From Eledone cirrhosa (lineage: Eukaryota): 64,000 nucleotides of DNA. A program made the translations under genes and the position numbers. The notes under the pieces are model-generated. The model made no database searches, was not told the origin of the DNA, and saw only the letters and a list, made by a program, of their open reading frames with translations. Positions within the stretch are counted from its first letter, which is position 1. Every line of letters starts with the position of its first letter. Shown in pieces: positions 13,972 through 27,595 of this stretch. The stretch lies in NCBI GenBank assembly GCA_964016885.1, contig OZ024740.1:335048001-335112000 (forward strand), written 5' to 3'.

Positions 13972-16789
13972 CATATATATATATATATATTTGCATATAT
14001 ATATATATAATTTGCGTGTACAACTTTGAACATTGCGTGTATTATGTATCTCATATGAATCAGAATGTAGGTATATTTTTATATTATAATCATATATTTT
14101 AAATAGCATACACCCATATTTGATTCTAAGTCCATGTTTTCTTTGTACATAGCACAATTATTTCTGTCATCACCCTATCTCTATAACAATTGCATGCAAA
14201 TCTAGGTTTCTTGTCGACATGATTTACTAATGATATTACTTCCAATTTAACCCTATATTCGCCTGCATTTTCAACATTTTGCGTCTCTATATAAACATTT
14301 CATCCAAATATAACAATTTCATCCAAACTAAACTATATTATATTATCATACAGCGATTGATTATATAATACAGTAGCTCATGATAAAAAAAGGATTTCGC
14401 ATAGTGTTCTTAAATTTCCTAATGCGAACAATATCAAATTATAGTGTTGAATATTGCATTATGTGAATAATTCGGACTTTTTGTTCTTCTGAGGCACGAT
14501 AAAGTGAAATATATCAATTGGAGTTCCGTATTGACTTCAGATAACCTGGCAGTTTTATCGTTCCTTATATTTTGGGACAAATAGTAAAGGTTAGAATTTG
14601 AGATTAGTAAGAGTAACATGTTCAAAAGGAAGTTGGGCTTATTAGTATAGAGTGGGGAATTTCGAAGATATATCAAGGCCGAAAAGTTCAAGACATTTTT
14701 TTATAGAATCTTGTATTTTAATTGTAAAAAATAATAAATCAAAAGCATTTTCTTCCTGAAATTATACTAAATAACCTTTGTTGGGACGCTCAATGAGCGA
14801 CTTGATGATTGTAAGGTGGTAAGATACTTTTATTTTCTGGCTAGACAACAATACAATATTTATACATTTCCTAATCTTTAATATATACTGAGATGTTTTA
14901 CTCGGGTCTCTAAACTGATGAATTATATTCAAGAATCGTGATTGTAGTAAGGTCAGTGTGTAATATTACGTAGATAATTTCCATTTAGCACTGGATAAAA
15001 CGCAGATAACAGGCTGTAGATTGGTAGGCCCAAAATTATTTTGAATTTACAAAAGATGTTTTAGTAAATCATTATTTTCCTCTCTAGCAAGCAATTCTTT
15101 TTAGTGTATAATATAATAATAATCCTCTGCATCGTTTGATTCTTCTTGAAAGAAGTAGCAAAACGTAAATCAACTTGAAAAAAAAAACGAATGAGGACAT
15201 AAATTCTATCCTTCAATTTCATATCAATTATTACACAATGATGTTTTACAGATAACTTAGAAGAAATAGATGATGAACAGCTTAAGAACAAACGTCAGAA
15301 AGGTTTTTCTTGCATCTAGTGGCTTAGCAAGCCTGAGCTTACATCGTGCTCAATATACGGTAAGTGGTTGTGTGGACAGGACGCCTGTCTATTTCACATT
15401 TTCAGCTGAGTGGCCTGAAGTAAGCTAAAATAATGTGCCTTGCTACTTGACACAATGCACTTCCCTGTCCTGAGAGGGAATCCGTTAGCTTACGAACAAG
15501 CCTATCTCAATGAACTCATATCAACAAGGCATCGCTGAATGGAACATCCTGGATAAGATAGACAGCACTATACATATCTCACCCGGGAAATATAGATTGA
15601 AAGGGAAAGACTTCATCCATTTTGACGACGCTCTAGTATTTTTGAAATTATAGAATTTATATTAGAACATTTAAAGCAATTTCTTAAATATTAATCTTCT
15701 GGAATTTCCTCACAATTTTATGTTCTGAGTTACAATCTTGATGGATTCGGCTTAACATTTCATTGTTTCGAGATCGATCAAATAAGTATCGATTCATATT
15801 AAAAGTCCTAATTTGGATACTTTATTATTTATGAAGGTATGTGTACGCATAGTATAGTGTACGCATATGTGTACTTTAAGGTTGGGCTGCTACCATACTG
15901 TACGAGATTATGTGGCAGTTTCCACATGAGAACTGATACTATAGTATGTAAACAGATATTGTGAAGAAACATTTTAGTTATCATAATAAGTCAGTCTTAG
16001 AACATTTTTGTGTTAAATATGTTTGTTTTGCTGTATATACTTCTGTTATTGGAAATCAGACGCATTGGTCATTTTTATATTTATTTATAGCCAGTATACT
16101 AAGAAGGCTGGGCTTGGATTCAGAAATTATTCATTTATTGGCCATTCAGAAACGACCTGCAATGATCTGGCATCATTACTTTGATAGACGTACATTAGAA
16201 GGTCAGACAGCCGGTCGATACTTTTCCGCAAAGGCAGACAATTCTGGCCTGGTCTGTTTTATCAATTTCCCATATGAAGCAGCTGCATATACCATTTTTC
16301 TGAATATTCCAGGAGTAGTGGTCTATATTTAACTTTTACCTAAACAACCGAGCAGAACGTTTTGTTTGATATATTTCAAACCAAACTTTATATTCTTTTA
16401 AATACTTTTCGTCGTTTAACTGTAAAGAATTTCAATAGAATTTCAATAGAAATAAAGAAATATATATTTATAGTAAATGCCGTTCCTTACGAAAGTAAAT
16501 AAAACAAATTGAACGAGAGGACCATTATCATGGTTGCTCAAAATATGAGAAACAACAGTTAAGTTTCTTTCAAATTATACCCATAGCCCTACTACATAAA
16601 GCTGACATTAATAATGTAGTTTGAGTTGCATTATGCCAGAAACAAAATTATACTAAACCTGGCTTGTTAGATCATGTATAATCGTAGTTAATCTAAATAA
16701 ACTGGTGAATTGCAATGTTCCATTTCTTCTGTATTGCTGAGAATAAATGTGTAAATGAATTAATTAACTAAAAAAATATAATATGATTT

Positions 16790-18320
16790 CTTTCAGTGGA
16801 GTTTAAGTTGGTTTCCCTCAAGCATAATATTATAATAATGATTTAGTCAGTGAATGATGAGAGCTCCAATGAACTTTTCTCACGGAATCTGTAGATGGTA
16901 GACGCTGTATCCACATCGGAGACATGGATAGGATATTCAAAATAAAAGGGACTGCAGTAGAAGAATGTAAGGTTTAGGTGTTAGTGTTAAACCAGGTGGC
17001 GATTGGTGTCTACCAGTCAACAGCTAGAATGGTCTCTCCAATGAGCATCCAGGCAATATCCGTATACTAAATTTTAATCATGGGTATTTTTTCAGCTAAA
17101 GCCTATAGTACAAGACACAACCAAAATGCAGTGCGCTGGGCTTGTTCTCTAAACCACAGAGTTGCAAACAAATATGTTAACCAGATAGCCATGTCTACGT
17201 TTAAGAGCTTGAAAACTGTTGCCTGTCGCACCTTCTTAATCCGTAAGTGTACAAAACAGCTGAAACCCTGTCATTTTATCTTACCATTTTTTAAAGAATC
17301 ATTGAAGAAGAAGAAAAAGAAGAAGGGTGACATAGTGAAGAATAATAAAAAGGGAATGAAGATAACTAAGTACACTTTCATAGTTGTACAACAAGGGGGG
17401 GGGGTTAAACTCAGTAAAAGGGAAGACAAGGTTATTGGCAAGAACGCTGGCAAATTTGAAAAACGGGAATGGAATGTGGCATATTGCAAAACAGAAGAAC
17501 ATATGAGTTAAGATACAAAGTTTACTTTTTAATTAGGAGGTCGTCAAGAATGATTAGTATCTGTGATCTTTGCAGTTTCTTTGAGACCCGAGAGATTAGT
17601 GATGTTACTATTCGGTTTACATTGTTTGTAGTGGTACTACTTTTGTAGGTGTACTACTTTGAGCAAGAACTGACTTCCAAAGAGCCGATATTTCAGTCTA
17701 TAAGGATTACGCGTAGTAGTTGTCAGTGCGGGATTTGATGGGATTGGATAAATCAAGGGTGCTGAGATAAGAGGCAAATGCATCAGGAAGGACGTTGGAG
17801 TTAACACTAAGAACATCCTTAGAGCAGAGACCATTTTAGTACAGACTGAAGAGCCAGAGAGAAGAAGCCGCACCACTGCATGCGGGGCAGAGGCTGGGGA
17901 TTGTCTTTAAGTGATATAATAAAAATTAGCCAGGTTCCTCTTGATCTGAAGAAAAAATCCAGTTCTTGCGAAGTGATCTTAACTATGTTGATAGTGGGCT
18001 TTCAGCAATAGAAATCGTTGCGGATTATGGAGTCGAACATTTGAAGTAATGTAAACAACTCTAGTTGGATGCTGTTTCTCCTTAATGTGTTATTTTTCTT
18101 GTTACGAGAAGTACTTTTTTAACTGTTGAAAAAGACAAGATTGAAATCACCATCTTTTGGGATGCTTTTGAGATTTCCGTATATGGAATCAGCGCAAGTG
18201 TGGTGTAAATTGTTAAGATTATATACACAAGAAGTTTGGTTGAGGAATGTTAAGAAAAAAGAAAGAGTGCTAACCGGCATGATTATTAGTAGGTCTTTGT
18301 ATAGTCACTAGAGCAAATCG
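16790..18320 (-). mobile_element. highly decayed CR1/L2-group LINE remnants
   Basis: less AT-rich block with faint resemblance to RT and 3'-end motifs; no intact frame. Confidence 0.35.
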
Positions 18321-21265
18321 AAAACAGCACATGAAATATAATTAACCAGCTTTGAACTTCAAATAATGCGTCTTTTATTTGTTTGTCAATATCTTGCATA
18401 TATATTTATATGCTTATCCAGGAAATATAAGTTTTAATGTTGTAGTGTTTGTTAATTTTCAAGACGTTATTTGTATAATGTAAGTCAAATTATTACAATC
18501 GTGAATCAAAAATATATTTATTGTTACCGATAACTTAATACATAGTCCATGATAGTGACAAATAATTATTATTGTTTTCGGAGGACACATGTCTAGTATT
18601 TCATGGGTTTGATATTCGGAGAATATATTGAGCATGTCTATTAAAAATATTATTCCAAAGTATTTCAATATTTATCCCCAACACACATTTCATTGGAATT
18701 TGTTTTCTTTCTTTATGCATGTATCTTTCTTTGACCTCAGTCTATATTGTAGCTCTGCTACATCCTCATAGCTCAAACAAGTTATGATTTTCTTTCATTA
18801 TATACGTCCATGATTCACCTTTACACAGAATATTTAAATATGTTCCATATTTCTTGTGAAACGTTTCAGATAAATAGTAATTCTTGTCTCTATGACACTA
18901 CCAGACACCGAGATATAAGACACACAATCTGATACTAATAGAGATATTGAAAACTATTCAGCTGCCAATGACACGACATGATGGGTGAATTTACACTATA
19001 GGTTCATGTACACGAAAGAAATTAAATAACTAATATTTACTTCATATTAATAAATTTTTTCGCTGCTGTTCGTTTCATAAATATTGAATCCTTCCAAGTG
19101 TCAAAACCAATTGAATCTTCTTCATTGATTTTCATTTGTGCTAATGTTTGATTTGATTTTTGATTTCTTTTAGAGATGGTTAGATGAGATTTGAATTGAT
19201 AGTCTGACAACAGAATTCAAATGAAACGCTTTTTTTCTAGTGAAATTGCAAATATCGCCATCTTTACACTAATCAAGATAGCTCAAAATATTATTGGAAG
19301 GGACATGGAATATTATGATATTCAAGCTTTTACATAATTATTACAGATGTAGGTATATTGAGCTGACACCAGTTATGATTTGGAATGATTTCAATCTTAA
19401 CTTCCAGCAACCTACTTTACAATGTTTACTATTCTTGTGTCGTCATCGTAGATATTAGTTTATCACATCAGCAGGGCACATAGTTACATGTTTATATGCA
19501 GAAACGAAACATAGTCCAATTCTATGAAATATTGACATCGATGACAGAAAATAATACTGATGTTAATTCGAGGGGTGAGGGGTGAACTCAGGACCAAAAT
19601 ATTTAGATAATAGCATTGAAAGAAATTTAATTTGAGCTCCCTAACTTCTACTACTTCATAAAATAATTTCTGCATCAGTTTCAAGATAATAAGGAAACAT
19701 TTATTCATTTTATAGACTCATATTATGAGTCGGTTGGAAACAATCGACAGTGTGACATAACACAATCAATTCTTCTTGGAATCGAAATTAAGTCATAAAC
19801 TGATCTCATTGGAAATTTATTTCTACTTTACAGCATTTAAAAGGTTTGGTTTGGTTTGGTTTTTCTTGAAAAAATATTACAAAGCCTCTTTTTCAGATTA
19901 TTAAACTACAACACGTCGAGCTTCAGTATATATGCCCTTTTCTAGAGGCAGTGAAATAGTTCATATAAACATCGTGACCAAGATTGAACACGAAGGCAGG
20001 CTGTGAGTAACAAAACAAATTACTGTACTTTATTTTCCTTTATTTCTACATTGCTTTGACAGCCAACTTCATAGTGCTTTTTATTGGAAATATTTAATGT
20101 CTAATTCACAAGTATTTCGCAAACAGAAATAGGAAATTTGAGTTTGTCTATGTGATGAAGGCTAGGAAAACAAAACTATCACATGCTACCGTTTCAAACT
20201 GACAATATTATGTAGCTGCACATCATTTCCCTTTGTAATTGTCGGCGTGTGATTTACCATAAGCACTAAGTAAAACAGACTTGGTAGATCCGTTCACTGG
20301 AAGAGAGATAAGTATAACGACAAATGTTACATCTCGCTGCAAATTGGAGAGAAAGAAAAGCTTTTGAGATTACATGTTCAATGATAGGGTCAACGATATT
20401 GCATCCGTAAAATATCGAAGCGAACGATAAAAACGTCAAACTCTTCATCCATGATAACGTTGTTTAGTCATTTGACAACTGGTGTGTCAAATACAAGTAG
20501 ACTGCACATTCACTTTCGTTTATTACTTTCCCTTTGTTTCGCAATAAATCGATTGGAATTGCAATCCCTTATCGAGAAACGATCGATTTCTGAATACAAA
20601 TGCTGTGTAGAGTTAACAAAGGCGAACGGAAGGTTTCGAAACTTTAATGTGTCTTACATGGAAGAAATTGAACATCGGATTAAGATAGGAAGAGTCAGGT
20701 TATTTGAAGTTTAATATATCGGAAAGCATCAAGTTTGCAATACAAAATGGGTGTTATGACCGCTTCTTTTTCCTGACTTCGTGGTTAAATTATTGAATTC
20801 TATAGAAAGAATTGATTCAATACCAGATTACTCATAATAAGGCTTCCATATTTCTATCCTCCCGCCAGTATTCTTCTGCAGCATAATCGAATAGACTTAA
20901 TGCATTTAAATGTATTGCGTCTCTGTTCATGGGCCCTATCTCAGATACTAAAGATAATGAGTTCACGTTGGTTCATAACTGACACTTATAAGATGAAATA
21001 GAATCTTAAGATAATATACGAGAGTTTACGCACAGAGAGCTATAATTTGAAACTATTTTATGATTTTGACATGTTAGATATATCAGCACATTCATAATGC
21101 TTCGTTTGCTCCTATATTCTACAGTACATCTAGTAGTATTGTTTACCGATAAAAGAATTAGTAACTGTGAGGAAGAATTGTTTAAGACAAAATATTTGAT
21201 TTCACACACACACACATATATATATAAATCAAGTGGGCAGGAGTCTTTACATATGTATTTATTTA

Positions 21266-21338
<73 letters not shown>

Positions 21339-21542
21339 ACTAGGGATTGATTAACATATAAATAAACATGAATAATCACAGGAGATAATTTTTACAAGTG
21401 TGTAACCACACATAGCTAGGTACGTAACTAAATAAAGTTGACCAGAACTTCAAAAATAGATGCCTTATAATATGATTAATCTGATTATATATATATATTA
21501 ATTCCAAATATTAACAAAATACATATTCTTGTGATCAATTAT

Positions 21543-21607
21543 ATTTTATTATACATATTTCAGAGGTACTGAATTAAGTTCAACAGTACGTCCTCATCAG
21601 ATACAAT
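21543..21607 (-). ncRNA. minimal type I hammerhead ribozyme (left arm; host-sense strand)
   Basis: mirror copy of 21691-21755 with one stem I mismatch (ATTGTAT). Confidence 0.75.
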
Positions 21608-21690
21608 AAAATGATACATGACATACCCTGACATGGTATATGGTTAAATCTTAACCATCTACCATGTCAGCGTATGTCATGTATCATTTT

Positions 21691-21755
21691 ATTTTATCTG
21701 ATGAGGACGTACTGTTGAACTTAATTCAGTACCTCTGAAATATGTATAATAAAAT
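21691..21755 (+). ncRNA. minimal type I hammerhead ribozyme (right arm)
   Basis: ATTTTAT-CTGATGA-GGACGTACTG(...)CAGTACCTCT-GAAA-TATGTA-TA-ATAAAAT. Confidence 0.8.
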
Positions 21756-21894
21756 ATAATTTATCACAAGAATATCTATTTTGTTAATATTTGGAATTAA
21801 TATTAATAACTCTGGAAACAAATTATTGTAGAATGCTTCAAATCTATTGTAATACTCATTCGTTGATGTACTCATTAAATCTTGTTTAACTCTT

Positions 21895-22423
<529 letters not shown>

Positions 22424-22472
22424 TGTGTGTAGTGACGAAACATTAGTTAATTGAACTCATAATCCTGTATTT

Positions 22473-22528
22473 ACTGCTATATATATTTCGATGATAGCCA
22501 TTGAATGGCTATGACCTCATCAGGCAGT
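22473..22528 (-). ncRNA. minimal type I hammerhead ribozyme (host-sense strand, intact core)
   Basis: ACTGC-CTGATGA-GGTCATAGCCA(TTCAA)TGGCTATCATC-GAAA-TATATA-TA-GCAGT. Confidence 0.85.
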
Positions 22529-22597
22529 TAGTCGGTTCTTAGATATGCCAGCTCTGAGTTTATAGTGTTGATGGTATCAGAGCCTTGGGACATATCA

Positions 22598-22638
<41 letters not shown>

Positions 22639-22721
22639 ATGTATGACCCCGACAGCAGAGCTCAAGCCGTTTCGACGGCTATATCTGGATATATATATAT
22701 ATAATATCTGTGTGTATTTGT

Positions 22722-22830
22722 GTGAAGGCGCATGGCTAAGAATTGGATTCGCAATTATGAGTTTGTGAGTTTTATTCACGGACCGGTTGATGCGTTATTT
22801 CCTTGAGCAAGACACTTTATTTCACGTTGC
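22722..22830 (+). mobile_element. tRNA-derived CORE-like SINE, 5' fragment
   Basis: degenerate A/B boxes followed by CCTTGAGCAAGACACTTTA, a CORE-like motif. Confidence 0.55.
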
Positions 22831-23054
22831 GCCTTCTGCCTGGATTTGCGACCGGTAGATAGTATTAGGTATTGAAAAGACCGAAGGAAACATTGTTTCT
22901 TCAGTCCATACGACGAGGTCTGGGATCTTATCGATATATATATATATGTATATATATACACACACATACATACATACATACATACATACATACATACATA
23001 CATACATACATACATACATACATACATACATACATACATACATACATACATACA

Positions 23055-23492
23055 TGATGATGGTTGTCCCCTCGTTATCGAGTATGGCCATTGCACGATA
23101 TAACATTATTAATAATTATCAATTCATTCTATCATGCAATGCCTGTGCGTGAAGATTTATTTTAAAGTGAAGAAAGACTGTGTGCTGAGCCAAACCCCTC
23201 TCTGAGCGACAGTAGCTATAACCCGAAAAGAAGAAAAGATCAACATAATCGGTAACTACTGAGCCGTAGGTTTTATGTTGGAGTTATCCCAGTTTCCTGA
23301 GTTGCCTTGTCTTAGAAGAATGCCCTGACAAAGACTAGGGGCCCTTCACTCCTAGTGGTTTAACCGCGCGATCGGGTATCCAGCCTGACTATTTCTATGT
23401 CCCCGATGATATACATACATATGTACATGTGTACATACATATTTACACATTTTTGGATGGCCGTTGAATCTTATGAGTTCTTCCTCCCTTTT
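23055..23492 (-). mobile_element. non-autonomous RTE-related retroposon, 5'-truncated, with (CAT)n/(TATG)n tail
   Basis: reverse-complement copy of 11905-12359; tail merges into (TACA)n at 22965-23055. Confidence 0.75.
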
Positions 23493-23690
23493 ATATACAT
23501 ATATACATACATGCATATGCATGCATATATATGGGTGAAGGCGTAATTTGATTCATCGTTAGATAAATAGCCACTCACTTGAAAAGGTTCTGAGTATTAG
23601 TTTGCAATGAGTATAATATGATATACTAAGTTTTAAAATATTTTAAAATTATAAAATTATTGTAAACTACCTATCGTTATACACGAAACA

Positions 23691-23879
23691 TTGAAACAAA
23701 TATCGCATCTCAAGTTGGTCACAATACTAGTGACTGTTGGATCATTAGGAATAATCAAAGAAGGAACAGACAATTATTTGAGAATGTTCCCTGACATACC
23801 ATCACTGCAAGAAGTGCAAATCATTGTTTTATCTGTTACGACACACGTTCTGAGAAGTGCACTATGCGTTTTTATTTGA
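23691..23879 (+). mobile_element. decayed R4/Dong-like LINE C-terminal fragment
   Basis: VTVGSLGIIKEG..NYL...P..PSLQEVQ.IVL..T.HVLR resembles the end of RLE-type non-LTR ORFs. Confidence 0.6.
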
Positions 23880-23907
23880 TTATATTCCATAATTTCGTAG
23901 GTTGTAA

Positions 23908-24060
23908 ATAATTGTTTCTACTTTTGGCACAAGGCCAGCAATTACCCGTAAGGATGAAAAGCAAAGTTAACCTCGACGAGATTTAAACTCAGACCGTAAA
24001 GGGGCGTAACTCTATGCGTCAAAGCATGGCGTCCGACGCTCTGCCGATACTGCCAAATTC
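23908..24060 (-). mobile_element. tRNA-derived SINE (internally deleted copy)
   Basis: reverse complement of the 26358 family. Confidence 0.85.
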
Positions 24061-24461
24061 GAGCACCCTTATGTGATTAATTATCATTCAATTGTAAATA
24101 TGATTTTAAATAGATAATATGCACATTTATAAAGCAAATATATACCTGTAACAGCGTAAAGTGTGTGACGACAATCTGGTGTGTTTGAATAATTTTGTTT
24201 TATTGTCGTCTATCAATGTATACAATGAGGAAAAAGGGAAAAAATAATAACAATAATAGTAATAATATTGCTTATATTCCTTATCTTGTACTGACGACTG
24301 AGAAAATCGTCGCACTGCCTGAAAGTATTAGGCCTCACAGACTCTGCTAGACTCTGCTTGTAACATTCCGTTATTGCATGTATAACATTGACACATATGT
24401 ATTCTACAAAATACATTTCTCTGATTTGTTAATGGTTTATTACAAAGCACATGTTAGTTTC

Positions 24462-24648
24462 GGGTGAATTGGCAGTATCGGTAGATGGTCTGACGCCATG
24501 CTTTCCAGCATAGTTACGTCCCTTTACCTTCTAATTTCAAATGCCGTCAGGGTTAACTTTGCCTTTCATCTTTACGGGGTCGATAAAATAAAGTACCAGT
24601 AAAGTACTGAGTAATTGCTAGCCTTGTGCCAAATGTAGAAACAATTAT
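24462..24648 (+). mobile_element. tRNA-derived SINE
   Basis: full-length family copy, box A TGGCAGTATCGG, core GCCTTTCATC...GGGGTCGATAAAATAAAGTACCAGT. Confidence 0.88.
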
Positions 24649-24742
24649 TTATCAGTTAGCCAACGTACATCAACAGAAATGAAATTCAAATGATGTCTCC
24701 AATATTCGCTACAATTACCATCATAGCATAATGTGATACTTT

Positions 24743-24950
24743 GATTGGCAGTATCGGTAGAACCTCGGACATTTTTTGTGACATAGAGTTACGGCCCTTT
24801 ACTTTCTCAGTTTAAGTCTCGTCGAGGTTAGCTTGATCTTTCATCCATCTGGGTCGATAAAATAAAGCACCAGTAATAAACAGGCGTCGATTTAATTGAC
24901 TTTCCCCTCCCAGAAAATTGCTGTCCCTGGGCCTATAGTAGAAAACATTA
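24743..24950 (+). mobile_element. tRNA-derived SINE (older, longer subfamily)
   Basis: same head and core, more diverged. Confidence 0.8.
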
Positions 24951-25846
24951 CTTACACATCGATTTCCCCCATTAAACTCTTTTCAAATAGCAAACCACGT
25001 GCCAGCAATGCCCAAGCCCATCAAATATACCCAATTATTCAACTAACTGTACTGCCTTTCACCCACGCGGTCCTCAGCGAATCCTTCTTAGTTAAGGTTT
25101 CACTATAAACAACACGTACCTCTCGTCCGAATCTAATATACACCTAACCACAATCATCAGTCTGCAAGGATCTGAAAATTTCATTTATGCGTAAAAAAAC
25201 TGATCAAAAAGAAAATATAGAAAATAAAATGTGAAAACTTTGTGAAAATTCATTTTATATATCTTTTACTTTTATTACTACTATTTTCTTCCTGAAGTAG
25301 ATATTGTGATATTGCGACTGCTATCATGTTCTAATTAGGCATCGGTCAAATTGATGTCCTTTCACGGCTCAATAATATTTTGTACAATACGACTTTTATA
25401 GTTTTCTTTTTTCCTCAGAGATATTATAATCACATTCTGTGTTGTAATAACATACTTCAATAGTAATTGTGGCTCGTTGAAGCCAAGCGTAGTTACAAGT
25501 GTTTTGGATTTGTTCATACCTTAGTTTAAGGAGTAACAAGTTGATATTTGATTTGCAAATAAATACATGAAGGCAGACAGGGGTAAGAATTATTATAGTG
25601 AAGGAAAGGAACGCGATGAGTGCATCAAAGGATATATAGTTAAACAATAAGATGTCAGAAGATAAAAATTCAGATTTCAGCCAGTGAGCAGTTAAATCAT
25701 GTGTGTGTGTGCATTATATGTGTGTGTATGTGTGTTTATGAGTGTTTATGCATGTGTGTATGTGTGTGTGTGTGTGTGTGCGTGTGTGTGTGTGTGTTCG
25801 TGTATTTACTACATGTGTCTGGCAGAAATACAGGAATGTAACTTAC

Positions 25847-26040
25847 CGCGGTGATATCTCGGAGCCTTGCTGCATGAGTGCGCCAAGTGAGAACCAAAAC
25901 GTGTTGGATAGATTGAATGTATTCATTGTCTTAGGTCCTCGGCTTGTATCTTCCGAGTGCCATTCATATGGGCTAAAACGACCCACAAAGAACAGCACTA
26001 AACTCACAGCTACATAACCAATGGTTATGCAAATCCAAAC
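25847..26040 (-). CDS. iGluR exon (M1 and M2 pore loop with Q/R site)
   Basis: cag|GTT acceptor, CG|gtaagt donor (phase 2); 194 nt; VWICITIGYVAVSLVLFFVGRFSPYEW...NTFWFSLGALMQQGSEISP. Confidence 0.97.
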
Positions 26041-26357
26041 CTGCATGGAAGGAAAATTTTAAGTTTCCGAATTATAGAAATCACAGAAATGACATTGCAT
26101 GTAAATAATATTTTAATTATTTGTAACTTCTTTTGAATTCTACTACTTTCCCAAATCCTGCAAAGCGTCGACCTGACACCCGAGGCAAAACTTGATAATT
26201 TACAATCAATGGTCATACAAATGATGCCACGAGTACACAAAGAATACTAAATATCTATGCAAGGCGGTTTTTAATTGTTTTTCCCAGAACATGGACAGTG
26301 TCAATCAGCCTTTTTGTTTTATATGTCTTGATTATAATGGTTTTATTATTATTATTA

Positions 26358-26562
26358 CGGTGGATTGGCAGTATCGGTAGAGGGTCGGACGCAATGCTTT
26401 CCAGCATAGTTACGTCCCTTTTACGATCTGAGTTCAAATCCCGCCGAGGTTGACTTTGCCTTTCATCCTTACGGGGTCGATAAAATAAAGTACCAGTAAT
26501 GCACTGGGTAATTGCTGGCCTTGTGCCAAAAGCAGAAACAATTATTATTATTATTATTATTA
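26358..26562 (+). mobile_element. tRNA-derived SINE with Meta-like core and (ATT)n tail
   Basis: box A TGGCAGTATCGG, box B GAGTTCAAATCCC; nearly identical to 44592-44780; embedded in (ATT)n. Confidence 0.92.
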
Positions 26563-27434
26563 AATCGTTACTGCAACGAACAGATTGTTTCACGTTATTT
26601 GTTCTGGTTCTTTACCTTCTGAGTCGAAATGCCATATTGGATCATCTCTGATTTACAACTCGCCGGAATCGTCAATAAAAAAATCATTGAAGGACTTGGA
26701 TAGATTTAATCAACTAAACTCTATCTCATCTATAATCAAGGTCGTATGTCTATGAAAATAATCTTTAGTTTGAGGGTTAAGCACAATCAATCGAGCATCA
26801 AACACATTGTTTTGTGGGAGTTGTTGCAGTTCATGGGTGCTGGAAATGAATTAGTTGAATACATCCTCCCGCCAAATTACCGTTCCCATACTTAAATTAG
26901 AAATCATAATAATAATGTTCATTAATGTTACTACTTTTATTATCGATCGCAATAATATTTCTCACCGCAGTTTTCCTTTCTTATGGGAGTATCACTAATA
27001 GATGTCATAGCATGTGGTTTATACCTTAATTATATAGCTTCAAGTAGTATGTGTGCTCCCTTCATAAAGAACTATAAGGGAAATAAATGAAAATCACATG
27101 TTACGTATCTTCCCTGACAATTATATACTCTATATCGATATACAAAATAATTAATTATTAAAGATGGTGAGTATTGATTGAGCTGATAAAGAATTAAGAT
27201 GAGAAATTTCTCATTGTCATATGTTTATCAAATAAATCGAACGTTTTAAGGTTGACAGCTCTAAGGTTTGACCTTCAACTCTAGAGAATCAATAACATAC
27301 ATTGGGATCACTTCAATCGAACAAAATACTGTTTCTTCCCAAACACTGTTCTGTCTCTTTTAACAAAGAAATCATTATTAATAACATAGAGCGCAGGTCA
27401 TAATGTTATAATTAATCTTACAACAACTGTCTGT

Positions 27435-27595
27435 GATGGATTAACAGAATCGTTAAGGCGCATTAAAACATAGTTTGTATTTACGTACGTTTATGTTTTG
27501 ATTTCAAACCTCATAGCGGTCGATTTCGCCTTCCATTTCGTTTATAAGATAAAGTACCAGTCTAGTACTTGTTCAATGTAATCGACTTCTACCCA
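27435..27595 (+). mobile_element. old decayed copy of the same SINE family
   Basis: TTCAAAC box B remnant, GCCTTCCAT and GATAAAGTACCAGT core. Confidence 0.55.

Larger units (their letters stand above)
21495..21803. repeat. near-perfect 309-bp palindrome (centre ~21649) with a hammerhead in each arm
   Basis: ~153-bp arms with a few mismatches and a 3-nt loop. Confidence 0.95.

Noticed and set aside
22880-22935. Minus-strand CTGAAGA-AAC(AAT)GTT half motif
   Set aside because: GAAA and the 3' half are missing; not counted.
24285-24320. CTGACGA-CTGA-GAAA-ATCG-TC
   Set aside because: No stem II and no stem I complementarity.
25045-25083. Minus-strand CTGAGGA...GAAA...GTA hammerhead-like core
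   Set aside because: Stem I and stem III do not pair and there is no TA or cassette context.
25400-25846. Search for a GluA2-style editing complementary sequence just downstream of the Q/R exon
   Set aside because: Only a short same-orientation match (ATGAGTGC near 25616) was seen, which cannot pair with the exon.
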